A DNA stretch of 35,305 nt, taken from an uncultured Nitrososphaeraceae archaeon. Its GTDB lineage: Archaea > Thermoproteota > Nitrososphaeria > Nitrososphaerales > Nitrososphaeraceae. Shown here piece by piece: positions 20,840-31,648 of the stretch (position 1 is its first letter; every line of letters starts with the position of its first letter). The notes below the pieces were generated by a model, which saw only the letters and a list, made by a program, of their open reading frames with translations, was not told where the DNA came from and did no database searches. The stretch is taken from positions 1-35,305 of the forward strand of contig CAWIMJ010000051.1 of the NCBI GenBank assembly GCA_963837175.1. Reading direction: 5' to 3'. The translations under genes and the position numbers were made by a program.

Positions 20840-21679
20840 TTATTCCAATTTTCCTTCAATTATTGGTCTTATTGGCACCTGTTCCTTTCGCACTTGCAGC
20901 TTGGAGAATATATCGGCTGAACTGGACTCTTTTTTTATCTCTATTCCCATCTCTTTCTTTATTGCATCTTTTCCTTCTCTTGCACCAATCAGTATTATTT
21001 GGGCATTCTGATAATTTATAAGTTCCAGGTTTCTTGTCAAAGGGATAAAGTTCTCGCCGTCTCTGAATTCCAGTTGTATAGAATTTGGATATTGAGGATA
21101 TTGGTCTGCACTAGGATAGCCCTCTGGAACAGGTTTATTAGGATTGATGACTGTAACTATGTAACTGGCCTCTTTTTCTATACCTAGTTCCTTCTGCGCT
21201 TCGCCGGGTTCTTTTGGAAGTTCAAGAATGTAAGCAAGCTCAGAATGGTTTTGATGCTTTACTATAGCATATTTTCCTTCGCCTACCGGCCTTGCCAAAT
21301 CCCCTTTTCTAAATTCATCGGATAATAGCTCTTTTGTAAGATCCTCTGGTCTTTCGAATATGCCTCCGACTCTGGCCCAATATCTTTCAGAACTCCGTGC
21401 TTCACTCTTTCTAATTTCAGGTAAAGATTTTTTACCTATTACGAAAAGCCGATAAAGTTGCCTATGAGTTTTTTCTTTATCTCTTTTTGTGGTTGTTTCT
21501 TCAGGTGCTGTAACCATAAAAAACCGTCTGACATCATCTATACTCTTAACCTCCTGGGAGCCCACTTTAGGTCTATAAAAGAAGTAAATGTCACCATACT
21601 CTAAGATTTCTGGCTCATATCGTGATTCTTGTTGCTCTTCCTTGTCATTATGTCGTATATGTGAGGCATTTTTAGCCAT
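20840..21679 (-). CDS. Conserved hypothetical protein
   Basis: Intact frame with blocks GDIYFFYRPKV, YRLFVIGKKSLP, ARPVGEGKYAI and HSELAYILELPKEPGEAQKELGIEKEASY. ATG 21679 (MAKN) is the likely start. Confidence 0.85.
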   Translation of the reverse strand: MAKNASHIRHNDKEEQQESRYEPEILEYGDIYFFYRPKVGSQEVKSIDDVRRFFMVTAPEETTTKRDKEKTHRQLYRLFVIGKKSLPEIRKSEARSSERYWARVGGIFERPEDLTKELLSDEFRKGDLARPVGEGKYAIVKHQNHSELAYILELPKEPGEAQKELGIEKEASYIVTVINPNKPVPEGYPSADQYPQYPNSIQLEFRDGENFIPLTRNLELINYQNAQIILIGAREGKDAIKKEMGIEIKKESSSADIFSKLQVRKEQVPIRPIIEGKLE

Positions 21680-21800
21680 GCTGCATTGCTGTACAATTTT
21701 CTTTATAACAGTTGGATACCAAGGGGAGAGGGTAGGGTAAATCAAATGCAAAGTAGTCTAGTATATTCGACTACCCCTAGGATTGAAGTACATTGACAGG

Positions 21801-22535
21801 GTGCTGTTAACTTAAGTGTATCTCACCTCCTCCTTTGATAAATGGTCTTTTATTTCTAATTGTTGTATTATACAAGTAGATGAATAACTTTATCCAATTG
21901 TATACATGTCCTTGATCACAATTCTTTTTCTTCTTTTTGCTGGTACAAGGATAATAGTCATCAAAACATTCAGTTCTATCTTTATAATACTGCATTATCC
22001 TTTCAATCAGGCTTTTCTCTAAGGGTGAATGTAGTCTATGTTTAGATGTAGAAAAGTACATGCCTTTGGGTACCAAGTACCACCATATTTGTGTAAACTG
22101 TATGTCTTCCATATTTGTCAACTAAGGACCTAATGAAATTCTCTGCTACAAACATGTTTCTTTCTGCTGCTGAAATATTAATGCCAAGCACTGATTTATG
22201 AATTGGTTCAACACAAATCCATAACCAATAATGATGATCTCCAATTTGAATGACAGTTTCATCTATATAATAAATGCTGAAACTCTTTTCCTTTTGTTGT
22301 AAATATGGCATGAACCAAATCTTTGTATCCAATTCCATATAGCAATATGACTTCGTTTCTCCTCATCGAATATATCCAATGCTTTGGAAGTATTCCGTAA
22401 ACTCAGACCAAGAAAGTACAAATACAAAGAATACATAACTATGATAGTGGATGTTCGGTTCCTGACAAATCCTAGTAACATACAAGTTAGAATGGGACAT
22501 TCACAGCTAAATCTATTCTGTTAACTTAACAGCAC
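21801..22535 (-). mobile_element. IS6-family insertion sequence (735 bp), transposase frameshifted
   Basis: 15-bp terminal IRs GTGCTGTTAA(C/G)TTAA at 21801-21815 and 22521-22535. Transposase fragments RSHIAIWNWIQ, IDETVIQIGDHHYWLW and IERIMQYYKDRTECFDD. No flanking target duplication. Confidence 0.92.
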
Positions 22536-23083
22536 TATGAATATCGATTCGTCAGCAACAGCAATAGTGAATCCTTCGGGTGAATGTGAGATTATGCCTT
22601 TGGTCTTTTTTGGAAATTGTCTTTCTCTTGTTTTGATGCAGCATTGATATGCACCTTTCTTGAAACTTTGGGACTGAAACGCCACTTGTGTAATAGCCTA
22701 TAGACATGAACCTCATGGTATCTTACACCTGTTCTTTTGTAGATAATATCCATAATTTCTTTGGCTCTCCAGCCTGATTGGTTTTCAGACAATTCTTTTC
22801 TTAGTTTCAACAATTTCTCTTCAGGTACTGCTAAAGGTCTACCACTTCTAGGTTTATCTTTCAATCCATCCAAACCTTCTCTTTTGAATCTGGCAAACCA
22901 TTTGTAAGCCCAAGTCTTTGATCTATGTAGCTCTTCTTTACATACTGTAGCAACCTCTTTGTCATCAGACATCACACGTCTAACTAACAGAATTCTCTCC
23001 TTCACATCAACATCTGATTCGTGTTTATATGCAGAATCTAGAGAAGTAATATATAAGAAGATCTCACAAGAGATGACTGTCAC
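22536..23083 (-). mobile_element. IS630-family transposase: ORF A (HTH) plus the start of ORF B, truncated by IS6
   Basis: WAYKWFARFKREGLDGLKDKPRSGRP..IYKRTGVRY..VYRLLHKW.FSPKV. After an AAAAAAG slippery site, the -1 frame reads KKTKGIISHSPEGFTIAVADESIFI and runs into the IS6 IR. Confidence 0.88.
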
Positions 23084-23221
23084 AGAAGCAAGCTAAAAAT
23101 ATGGCGAAGAAAATCCTTACACCATTCTACGTAATTTTGTTAACAAGTATAATTTGTTTTTACCCCTAGAGAGAGCAAGCAAATTTATTTAGAAGAATAG
23201 AAACACACATTTACACTATTC

Positions 23222-24214
23222 ATGGTAAAGCCTATCTTAGCAGTATTGATTCTGTTATTTACAGCAATTCTTTCTCTTCTGCCTATATTGTCTTACGCAC
23301 AAACAGCAGCAACAACAACACCATCATCATCTTCTACTGCAGAATCGTTTTGGAACAATGGTGCACCTATGCCTACACCAAGAACTGAAATTGCTGCTGA
23401 TCTCGTAGGAGACAATATGTACATTATAGGAGGATTTGATAAATCTGGTCGTGTAACAGATATTGTAGAAGTTTATAATCTTAAGAATAATTCATGGACT
23501 AAGGTAACTCCAATCCCACAGCCATTACATCATACCTCCGCTGCTTCGTATAATGGTAAAATATACGTAGCTGGCGGATACACAGATTCTTGGGCTCCAA
23601 CAAACAAGTTATTCATCTATGATCCTATTCAAAATAAATGGCAAGAAGGAAAACCAATGCCAACTGCTAGAGGAGCATTAAATGCTAAGTTTATTAATGA
23701 AACCTTATATGCAGTTGGTGGTTCATCTGATAAACCATTACCTACAAATGAAGCATATGATCCATCAGCAAACACTTGGAAACATAAAGCGCCGATGCCA
23801 ACCGCAAGACATCATGCTGCTTCATCAGTAATAGATGGAAAATTATATGTTATAGGCGGTAGAATATCTGGTTCTTCTTTGGATAATGTAGATGTCAATG
23901 AGATGTATGATCCAATACAAGATAGATGGGTAATAAGTAACCTGGAACCTATGCCATCTAAAAGAAGCGGAATTGCAGCTGCTTCAATAAATAATAGTAT
24001 CTATGTTTTTGGAGGCGAAGAACCTTTCAAGACATTTAATAACAATGAAAGATATGACGTTAAAAGTAATAAATGGACAACTGAACTGCCTATGCCAACA
24101 GCACGTCATGGCTTGGTAGCTGTAGCTATTGGAGATAAAATATATGTAATTGGAGGAGGTCCAGAACCTGGATTGAGTGTGACTAATGTAAATGAAATAT
24201 TTCATGTTAGATAA
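23222..24214 (+). CDS. Secreted Kelch-repeat beta-propeller
   Basis: Six repeats of PMPTxR..YxxGG..YDP..W, after a signal peptide ending SYA. Confidence 0.95.
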   Translation: MVKPILAVLILLFTAILSLLPILSYAQTAATTTPSSSSTAESFWNNGAPMPTPRTEIAADLVGDNMYIIGGFDKSGRVTDIVEVYNLKNNSWTKVTPIPQPLHHTSAASYNGKIYVAGGYTDSWAPTNKLFIYDPIQNKWQEGKPMPTARGALNAKFINETLYAVGGSSDKPLPTNEAYDPSANTWKHKAPMPTARHHAASSVIDGKLYVIGGRISGSSLDNVDVNEMYDPIQDRWVISNLEPMPSKRSGIAAASINNSIYVFGGEEPFKTFNNNERYDVKSNKWTTELPMPTARHGLVAVAIGDKIYVIGGGPEPGLSVTNVNEIFHVR

Positions 24215-24292
24215 GTAGTTGTAAGAATTTTAATTATTTTTAGTAGGTCTCTGGTGTGGAATTTGTTTGACCCCCAGGGAGGCTTATTATTT

Positions 24293-24437
24293 TAGAGACT
24301 ATCTCAAAAATAGATAGAATATAGCTTGAGGCATTATCTTTGTGCATGTGACCTGTTACTATAGGAGAAAGAAGCTCCCGTCACTCATTATAAAAATTCC
24401 AGATGATTTATGGGATGAGATTTTTCTTAGAGACTAT
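24293..24437 (+). mobile_element. Left-end fragment of an IS5-family element
   Basis: TA-GAGACTATCTCAAAAATAGATAG matches the IS5 end at 25822 (GAGCCTATCCCAAAAATAGATAG). It encodes IKIPDDLWDEI, versus TRIQDDLWNEI in the full copy. Confidence 0.75.
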
Positions 24438-24518
24438 TGTTATCTATTAGATGCCAATATCCTATTTTCATCCCATCTAAATATTTAATAGTAATTTACA
24501 TGCTGCCATTATATTGAG

Positions 24519-24821
24519 TTGGCAAGAATTATAGTTAGTACAGTTCCACCAGTTGATGTCAATACTTGGAAGTATTATATTGAAATAACTGATAGCGATG
24601 GAAGTGGATTTAAAACAGTGCATATTGTAACTATGGATAAGGAATACTATGAAAGGATGAGTAATGAAATTGTATTACCAGAAGAGTTTGTTAAAAGATC
24701 AATCAATTTTCTTTTGAAAAAAGAGGACAAAGATTCAATTCTTAAAGAATTTAATATTAGACAGATTAGTGATTATTTTCCAGAATACGAGAATGAAATT
24801 AGAAAAGATATAATAAAATAA
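24519..24821 (+). CDS. Conserved hypothetical protein
   Basis: HIVTMDKEYYERM..PEEFVKRSINFLLKKEDKDSILKEFNIRQISDYFPEYE; compact intact frame. Confidence 0.8.
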   Translation: MARIIVSTVPPVDVNTWKYYIEITDSDGSGFKTVHIVTMDKEYYERMSNEIVLPEEFVKRSINFLLKKEDKDSILKEFNIRQISDYFPEYENEIRKDIIK

Positions 24822-24912
24822 ATATCATATCTTCTTTAAGCATCCTGCGACAAGTGGCAATGTTGAATGTATTTTAAACTTTGAATGTATGCCATTAACT
24901 TTTTTTAACTTA

Positions 24913-25822
24913 GAACCTATCCCAAAAATATCTTTCTGTACAAGATCATACAACATGCCAGTTGTACCAATCCCAAATAGTTCTTTGATTTCTTTTCATA
25001 TCTTACTAGTAATTTCCTGAATCTATTATTATGCCATGAATTTGTTCTTTCTACAACCCATCTTCTAGCAGGATGATGATTCAACTTCTTAGTCGTTGTC
25101 AGCAGCGATTCTTCTCCTCTATGTCGAATATGTGATATATATTTTCTTTTGATAAATTCTATTTCAATTTCTGGATAATCATATCCTTTGTCAAGACACA
25201 GATTTTGTTTCTTTAAAGGTCTTTTAACTACTATGCTATCTAGTGTATTTGTTGCAGCAGCCTTCATGTCGTGTGTATTTGTAGCAGTGATAACAACATA
25301 GATAATGGAATACCTTTCTTATCTGTAGTAATTACATGACGCTTGTTCCAAGTTTGCTTGCCTCTATCTGTACGATTTGGACCAGTAGTCATGTCCCCCC
25401 TAAAGATGCCTTTACAGATATACTGTCAAGAGACTGCCAATTCCATTTGATATCTTTGATATCGTCATATATCTCCAATAACCTAATCCACAGTTTATGA
25501 AATATATTCAAAACAACCTATTCCTGAAACCTTCTGTGGCATGTAGTAGAACCAGAACCATATTCTTTTGGAAGCATCTTCCACTGACATCCGGTTCTCA
25601 AGACAAATAGGATACCATCAAATACTTTTCTATATGGAACAATTGGTCTACCTATGGTATTCTCGGGTTTCTCTTCTGGTAAAATATTTTTAATTTCATT
25701 CCATAGATCATCTTGAATGCGTGTAATTGTTCTAATATACTTTTTACTCTTAAACAAACATTATCAGATGTGTTAGTAAGATTCCAACGAGCTATATTCC
25801 TATCTATTTTTGGGATAGGCTC
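24913..25822 (-). mobile_element. IS5-family insertion sequence (910 bp), inactivated transposase
   Basis: 18-bp IRs GA(A/G)CCTATCCCAAAAATA with a TA duplication. Transposase blocks GILFVLRTGCQWKMLP, WQSLDS, LDKGYD and RWVVERTNSW..FRKL..RYEK. Contains a TGG>TAG nonsense codon and frameshifts. Confidence 0.93.
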
Positions 25823-25887
25823 TAAGTAGTCACAATAACGACAAACTTGACAATCATTTACTGCATAACAAAACTGCTGTCATACCT

Positions 25888-26577
25888 CTACGTATCGTTT
25901 GAGTCAGATCTTTCTTCTATTCCAAGGTAGTCCACAAAATCTTCAATGTTTTTGGTTTGAAAATAAACTGATCCTGGGCCTGTGATTTCGATAACAAGCC
26001 CTTCTCCTCCAAGGATTGTAGTTTTCAGCCCACCAAATTTCATTACTCTATAGTTTGAATTCTCACTTAGTGCCACGAGATGGTGATTATCCAATATCAT
26101 TTTTTCATTATCTTGCAAATCCTTCTGAATTATACCTCCATATGCATTAACAAATAAATCACCCTCACCATTTGCCTTTAACATAAATAATCCACTTTCA
26201 AAAATTCCTTTTTTAAAACCCTGCCATTCTGTATCAAGCATTATTCCTGTGCTAGATGCAATATAAGCTCCAGACTACACAATAAGGCCATTACTAGCAT
26301 TAATTGACATTCTCACAACGTCTCCAATTGGAGGCCCTGTCAAGCCAATAAAGCAATTATCTTCATGTGCAACGTAGTTATTAACAAAAAATGATTGACG
26401 ACCCAGTGCAGCAACCTTAAATTTCTTAAAGAAGCCGCCAGTGGAGCGTGTTGTAGTTTTAACTTCTATATTGCCTTTTATGTAAACCATTGCTCCTGCT
26501 TCTGCAGTAAGTTGTTCTTCTTTATTGAGTTGAATTTCAAGCATTGCCATTGGTTCTTTTAGAATTTGATAATGCAT
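25888..26577 (-). pseudogene. AIM24/TIGR00266-family protein with one in-frame TAG
   Basis: AEAGAMVY, SFFVNNY, GLFMLKANGEG, LDNHHLVA and GGEGLV..GPGSVYFQT. Both track ORFs are in one frame, joined by GLIV*SGAYIASS. Confidence 0.88.
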
Positions 26578-26770
26578 ATGCGGTAATGATAAATCGTATG
26601 AATAATATGTATTTCCGCTACCAACTATTGTAAATTAGGTATCTAAATTTTCAATATCATTTTTTATTAATCGACCGAATGCAGAAAATATATTAAGGCA
26701 ACTTTCACGAATACAGTATTATGTATCATACAGCGTATATACATGATTAAGTCATACATTATCTAATATA

Positions 26771-27269
26771 ATGCAAAATAAACAGCATAGGCCTAGGGGA
26801 GTAACGATAATAGCAATACTTACTATAATAAGTGGCATACTGTTATTATTATCTGGAATTGCTCTAGTTGCGCTGGGAGCATTGTTTTCAGGGAATTCTA
26901 CAAGCACTTCTTCGCAAGCCATTGCTCAGTTCTTTGGCGTAATTTCTGCTGCAGTAGGAGGAGTATTGTTAGCAATAGGTATTGGATACATTGTCATGTT
27001 TTATGGACTGCTAAAAGGAAAAGCGTGGGCATGGACTATAACAATAATATTACTTTTCATTGGAATCGCTATACAAATACTTTCCACATCTGTTATTACA
27101 GCTCGCTTCTCTTGAAAATACTAAGAATGTCATTTCAGGAATTGTAGGTTCTGTAACCTTTCCGCTAATAGGTTTAGCAATTAACATAGTGGTATTGTAT
27201 TATTTGTATAGACAACATGTAAGAGCATATTTTGGTAAAACAAAACCACAGCGTCCAACTACAGTGTAA
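26771..27269 (+). CDS. Four-TM membrane protein, frameshift near 27105
   Basis: RPRGVTIIAIL..YGLLKGKAWAW..INIVVLYYLYRQHVRAYFG. Confidence 0.8.
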
Positions 27270-27418
27270 ATATTCCTTTCATTCAGGTAAGGAATAATAA
27301 ATTAATCCGGCATATCTAATACGAACTATCTGCATTCATCTTTCCATCCATTACAAAAATCCCGTCTACGCGTCATAGCTTATGTCCTCGTGGTACAAAG
27401 TGATAAGTTACAAAAGAT

Positions 27419-27667
27419 ATGAAAATAATCCTTGTCAATTTCAATAAAGAGCACAAAGCTATGCTAGGTCATTGCAAGATGATATTAGAACATGAGCGTC
27501 GAAAAATTGCTATTAATCCAAACAAGTTTGACAAACTGATAACTGCATTAAGGACTGCTGTTGATAATGATGGTGTCTTAGATAAAGAAGCAACATCATA
27601 CAATGACATATTTGATGCTTTTAGACTAGCATTGAGGTTCTATCATTTTCAAGAAAGAACTGATTAA
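27419..27667 (+). CDS. Hypothetical protein
   Basis: 82-aa ATG-started frame with protein-like composition; no motif recognised. Confidence 0.55.
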   Translation: MKIILVNFNKEHKAMLGHCKMILEHERRKIAINPNKFDKLITALRTAVDNDGVLDKEATSYNDIFDAFRLALRFYHFQERTD

Positions 27668-27720
27668 GGCTCAACCAACAAGTACAGGACATTTCATTTT
27701 TGCTTTGCAAAATCAAGTTA

Positions 27721-28118
27721 TCATGATGAACCGGCCTGGACAGCACAATGATCTATTATACTAAGGTCTCCACCCATGACTTGATCTGTGCCGATTGTTA
27801 TTTCAAAAGGTGCCTTTTGACCATGGTCAATGTCACTTGGCTTTGTAAACGTAGAGCCTGTTCCTATCACTTTGTTATTGCTATCATATAACGTCGCAGA
27901 AACCTCCACAAATTTGGCTGTCTCTGAACCGTTGTTTTGGACCTCCCCTACGATATAATATTGTGGTAGGTTTGGATCATTGTCATTGTATCCATTATCA
28001 CTAACGATAGCTAGGCCTTTCTTTTGTTGCTGTTGTTGTGCAAGTGCTGCGCTGAGTCACTGTTAACAGTAAAAGCGGAACAAGCGCACTAACAAGAAGG
28101 GTCGATTTTTTGGCTACG
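27721..28118 (-). CDS. Secreted FxLYD-domain protein, frameshift in the signal peptide
   Basis: The frame extends upstream of the track ORF: AALAQQQQQKK..YYIVGEVQNNGSETAKFVEVSATLYDSNNKVIG..GQKAPFEI. The signal part STLLVSALVPLLLLTV is in another frame. Start not found. Confidence 0.75.
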
Positions 28119-28140
28119 AATAGTTGCATTCGGTAGCACT

Positions 28141-28543
28141 GGATTCCAATGGATATTATTAAAGTCTCTGAATACACAAACAGACGAACACGACCGCTTA
28201 TTTGAGCAGTTTACGACTGAAGATATGGATTTCACAATAAAACCAAAACAAGATGAAATAGTAATAAACGAACATACAGCAAGTATATTCATAGACACAG
28301 GCTTTGAGCGCATGCTTAGAAGTGCTGGTATCATTACTATAGTGTTTACAGGTATTGCTACAGAATTTGGAGTGGAGTCTAGTGCTAGGGATGCCTTCAA
28401 CAGAAGATTCTATTCTGTAGTAGTTTTCGGATTGTGTGTCTTCGCCATATAAAGATGGACATGCCAGATCACTTGAAAACATGAAGAATTTAATAACCAT
28501 TATAAATTCAAAAGAGATTGAGAATATTTGGTTAAAACTCTAG
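28141..28543 (+). pseudogene. Isochorismatase/cysteine-hydrolase family, N-terminally truncated and frameshifted
   Basis: SIFIDTGFERMLRSAGI..IVFTGIATEFGVESSARDAFNR / DCVSSPYKDGHARSLENMK. Confidence 0.85.
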
Positions 28544-28620
28544 AAGAGGCGAAGCATCTATTTTCTTCTTTTAAATTATATTTTTATTCTAATTTTGCAA
28601 CACTGTTAAAGTTTTGAGGC

Positions 28621-28690
28621 TATTCTCTAGAGTATAAGAACCCGTATAGGTAGCGGGTTCGGTCGAATGCAAGATAGAATTGATTCAATT
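28621..28690 (+). repeat. Dispersed intergenic repeat, longest copy (A), with hairpin
   Basis: TATTCTCTAGAGTATAAGAACCCGTATAGGTAGCGGGTTCGGTCGAATGCAAGATAGAATTGATTCAATT. Perfect stem GAACCCG/CGGGTTC at 28638-28660. Confidence 0.7.
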
Positions 28691-29058
28691 CTCTCACTCA
28701 TCTTAATAGGCATCTTTTTTCATTAAAACGTAGTATGTTACTGTGAATAAGGAGCAAATAGTCACTATATTAATACTAATGAGACTATTTGGTGGACTTG
28801 TTGGTGAGCATATCGCTAGATTATAATGCTCCTCCAGTAAAACGATTCTGGTTATTCATCATTCCAGAATTCATTGGATTTACATGTTATTTTAATTTAA
28901 TATTAAAACAAATCTTATGCTTTGACAATAAAAAATAATATCTACAAAATCCCTTTATGATGCAATTTTAATACATCAATGATCTATTCTGAAGGGTAGA
29001 TTAAGAGAACTGACGCAGCAATCTTAATAAGTATGCAGAAATGACGCCTTAGTTCTCT

Positions 29059-30400
29059 CTATATTTCTCTTTTAGTTTCACTTAATACCTTCTCTAAATA
29101 TTCTTTGATATCCTCTTCGTTAAGCGATGACTGAACTCCAGTCTCCTCTTTCATTTTAAATGATTGTTCATTTACAATCTTCATAACTCTATTTTGTATT
29201 TCCCTTTCCATTTCAGCTGATACAATACTATCTAGTAATTTTGACTCTGTGGTATATTTTCGGATTAATTTACGTAATTCTAGATCTTGAGCTACAGAAA
29301 TTGCAGAAGAATAAATGCCTACTAATATCAAATATGAAGATAATCCCATAAATGAGATAGTAGCAAGTCCAAATGGTGGATAAGGTGCAGTAACCAATAC
29401 AATAGCTTGATTTGAAATAAACAATAGTATGAAACCATATGCTGAGATAGTCATATAATGGCTTATAGTGATAGTATGAGCAATGTTTTTAGCTATAGTC
29501 CAAAATGCAATACCAAACATTATGCCTCCAATTGTCTTACTCAAAGTAAATATCAGCGTAAAAAAAATGGCAAAGAAAAAGGGATCTGACCTAAGTAACG
29601 GAGCGAATAGATTTAGAAATGAGGTAATAAATTGGCTTAAAAAATAAACCAAAGGTATACTTACAATAATCCAATATCTGACTCTTCCCAATCTTTGAGA
29701 ATAATGATTTAAAAGAAGTACCTGTGGCAGCCCAGGTTAGAATAAAAGATAGAATAGAAGATAGAAAATATGATAAATCAAGCACAGCATTTTTAGCAGC
29801 AAGAACAACGGTACCCCCAGCGAATTGCCATATCTCTGATGGTCTATCAAGTAATCTTTCATTTACATTAATGACAGTAAATATTGCATTAATCGCAAGC
29901 ATTAATGACGCTAATCCATACAGTAAGATGACGAAATTCCGATTTGACTTGAACCATGAAAAGAATCGTAATGCAAGTATTACTAACAGGATAATAGCTA
30001 GTGTATAACTAGTGGCCATAATCGCTATTAGCATGAAAGTATTGTAGTGCGATGTGACAACCATCTGCAAAGCCACAGACATAAGAATTGCCCCTAAGGC
30101 ATATTGGAATATTTTGACAATTTTATATAGTGACTTAAGATGGAGTTCATCTCTTATTTTAGTCGCTTTGTTTGTCGGTTTAATAAATTTCAATATAAAA
30201 TATTGACCTATTGTGCTTGTAATTGAAATAACAATAAATAGAGAAACTCTCCAATTAATGAACTTTTTACTTATTAAGTCGTATAATTTGACAAACGATA
30301 TATCTATTATCAGCGTAAGAATTATGATAGATATTAAAAAGAAAAATTTCTTATTGTTATATAGTGAGGAAAAATCATGATGGATTGTACTAGAAGTCAA
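29059..30400 (-). CDS. Polytopic membrane protein (about 10-12 TM) with a charged helical C-tail, frameshift near 29720
   Basis: Removing one base converts TWAATGTS to TWAATVLLLNHYSQRLGRVRYW and joins the two ORFs. Motifs YPPFGLATISF and SSAISVAQDLELRK. Confidence 0.85.
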
Positions 30401-30658
30401 TTTTTTATCCTCTCAGTAATACTTGATAATCTATATCATGTAATATAATATAGATATCTGATGTAAAATTTTGCTATCATTTATAAAAAATATGATTTTT
30501 GTGTTATCTATAAAGCTAGCTAACTATAATGAGAGTTGACTAAAAATGTAGATTATAACAAAAAAGTATAGATCATAGAAGCAAAAATTTTTCTAAATGT
30601 AGAACCTTATCAATTTTAGAATAGTAATATATATGTGATTAGTAGGAGATGTCATTCC

Positions 30659-31362
30659 ATGAATCAGCGATTATCACGTATAGTAGTCTTATTGACTATG
30701 CCTCTATTACTATCGTCGATGATTGTAACTTCATGGGCTGACGATATTAATCCTGGGGTTTTTCCTATAAAGTCTAAACCATATGGTTTAACATATGGAG
30801 AATGGTCAGCCAAATGGTGGCAATGGGCTATCTCAATACCTACAGCTGAAAGTCCGATGCTTGATGGAACCGGTGAGAAATGTACTAAATCCCAAACCAA
30901 TCCTAATGTATTTTTCCTTTTCGGAGCTGGCGGAGGACAAGCCGAGCGTACATGTACCATACCCGCTGGAAAGGCCATTATGATTCCAATCCTAGCTGTA
31001 GAATGCTCTTATGCTGAATTCCCTCAACTCAAGGCTGAGGCTGATTTACACAAATGTGCTAAAGATGACCAAGATACAGTACTCAGTGTCGATCTTACTG
31101 TTGATGGAGTTAATTTTAGAGATTTGAAAGAGAAGTATAGAACTCATTCTAATCTATTTAATGTAACCTTTCCAGAAAATAACATCTTTGGAGTTGAGCC
31201 GCAAGATCTTCTCAAGCAGTATCAGATGGTTTCTTTATTCTCTTAGAACCCTTTACAAAGGGTAACCATGAAATTCATTTTAAGGGGGAGCAAGGATCAT
31301 ATACAGTTACTAGTCCTCAACATTATGCCGACGATGTAAAGTATAATATAATAGTGAAGTAG
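30659..31362 (+). CDS. Secreted uncharacterised protein with PYG..WxxxWWQW motif, frameshift near 31203
   Basis: Signal peptide ending SWA, then SKPYGLTYGEWSAKWWQWAISIP and 4 Cys. The C-terminus SSQAVSDGFFILLEPFTKGNHEIHFKG..DVKYNIIVK* is in the shifted frame. Confidence 0.85.
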
Positions 31363-31461
31363 TCATTCAGTTTACTAGGATCGACAGTGAATTAATGTAG
31401 TATACAGTTTATCGCCGTCTCTTAATCGTTCCTTTCTTTAGTATATCATCAATAATTACTC

Positions 31462-31515
31462 TATACTCTGCAGTATAAGAACCAATATAGTTAACGGGTT
31501 CTGTGGGATTCGATA
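31462..31515 (+). repeat. Dispersed intergenic repeat, 5' copy (B)
   Basis: TATACTCTGCAGTATAAGAACCAATATAGTTAACGGGTTCTGTGGGATTCGATA, with stem AGAACC/GGTTCT. Confidence 0.7.
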
Positions 31516-31648
31516 CACTAGTGAATGTAGTCTACTTTCTTCAGCAGGGGAACTTTATCAAATGAAAATTTCTGCAAAGCAAATGTTCTTTTTGTCCTTC
31601 TGGTTTCCATCTCACTACATTTAAATAGTTACCAGGTTATCAGCGATC

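Noticed and set aside
21772-23169. 9-bp direct repeat TACCCCTAG around the IS6/IS630 block
   Set aside because: Not adjacent to any identified element end, so not accepted as a target duplication.
22025-31534. 14-bp match GTGAATGTAGTCTA between the IS6 interior and 31521
   Set aside because: Matches of this length are expected by chance in 35 kb of AT-rich DNA.
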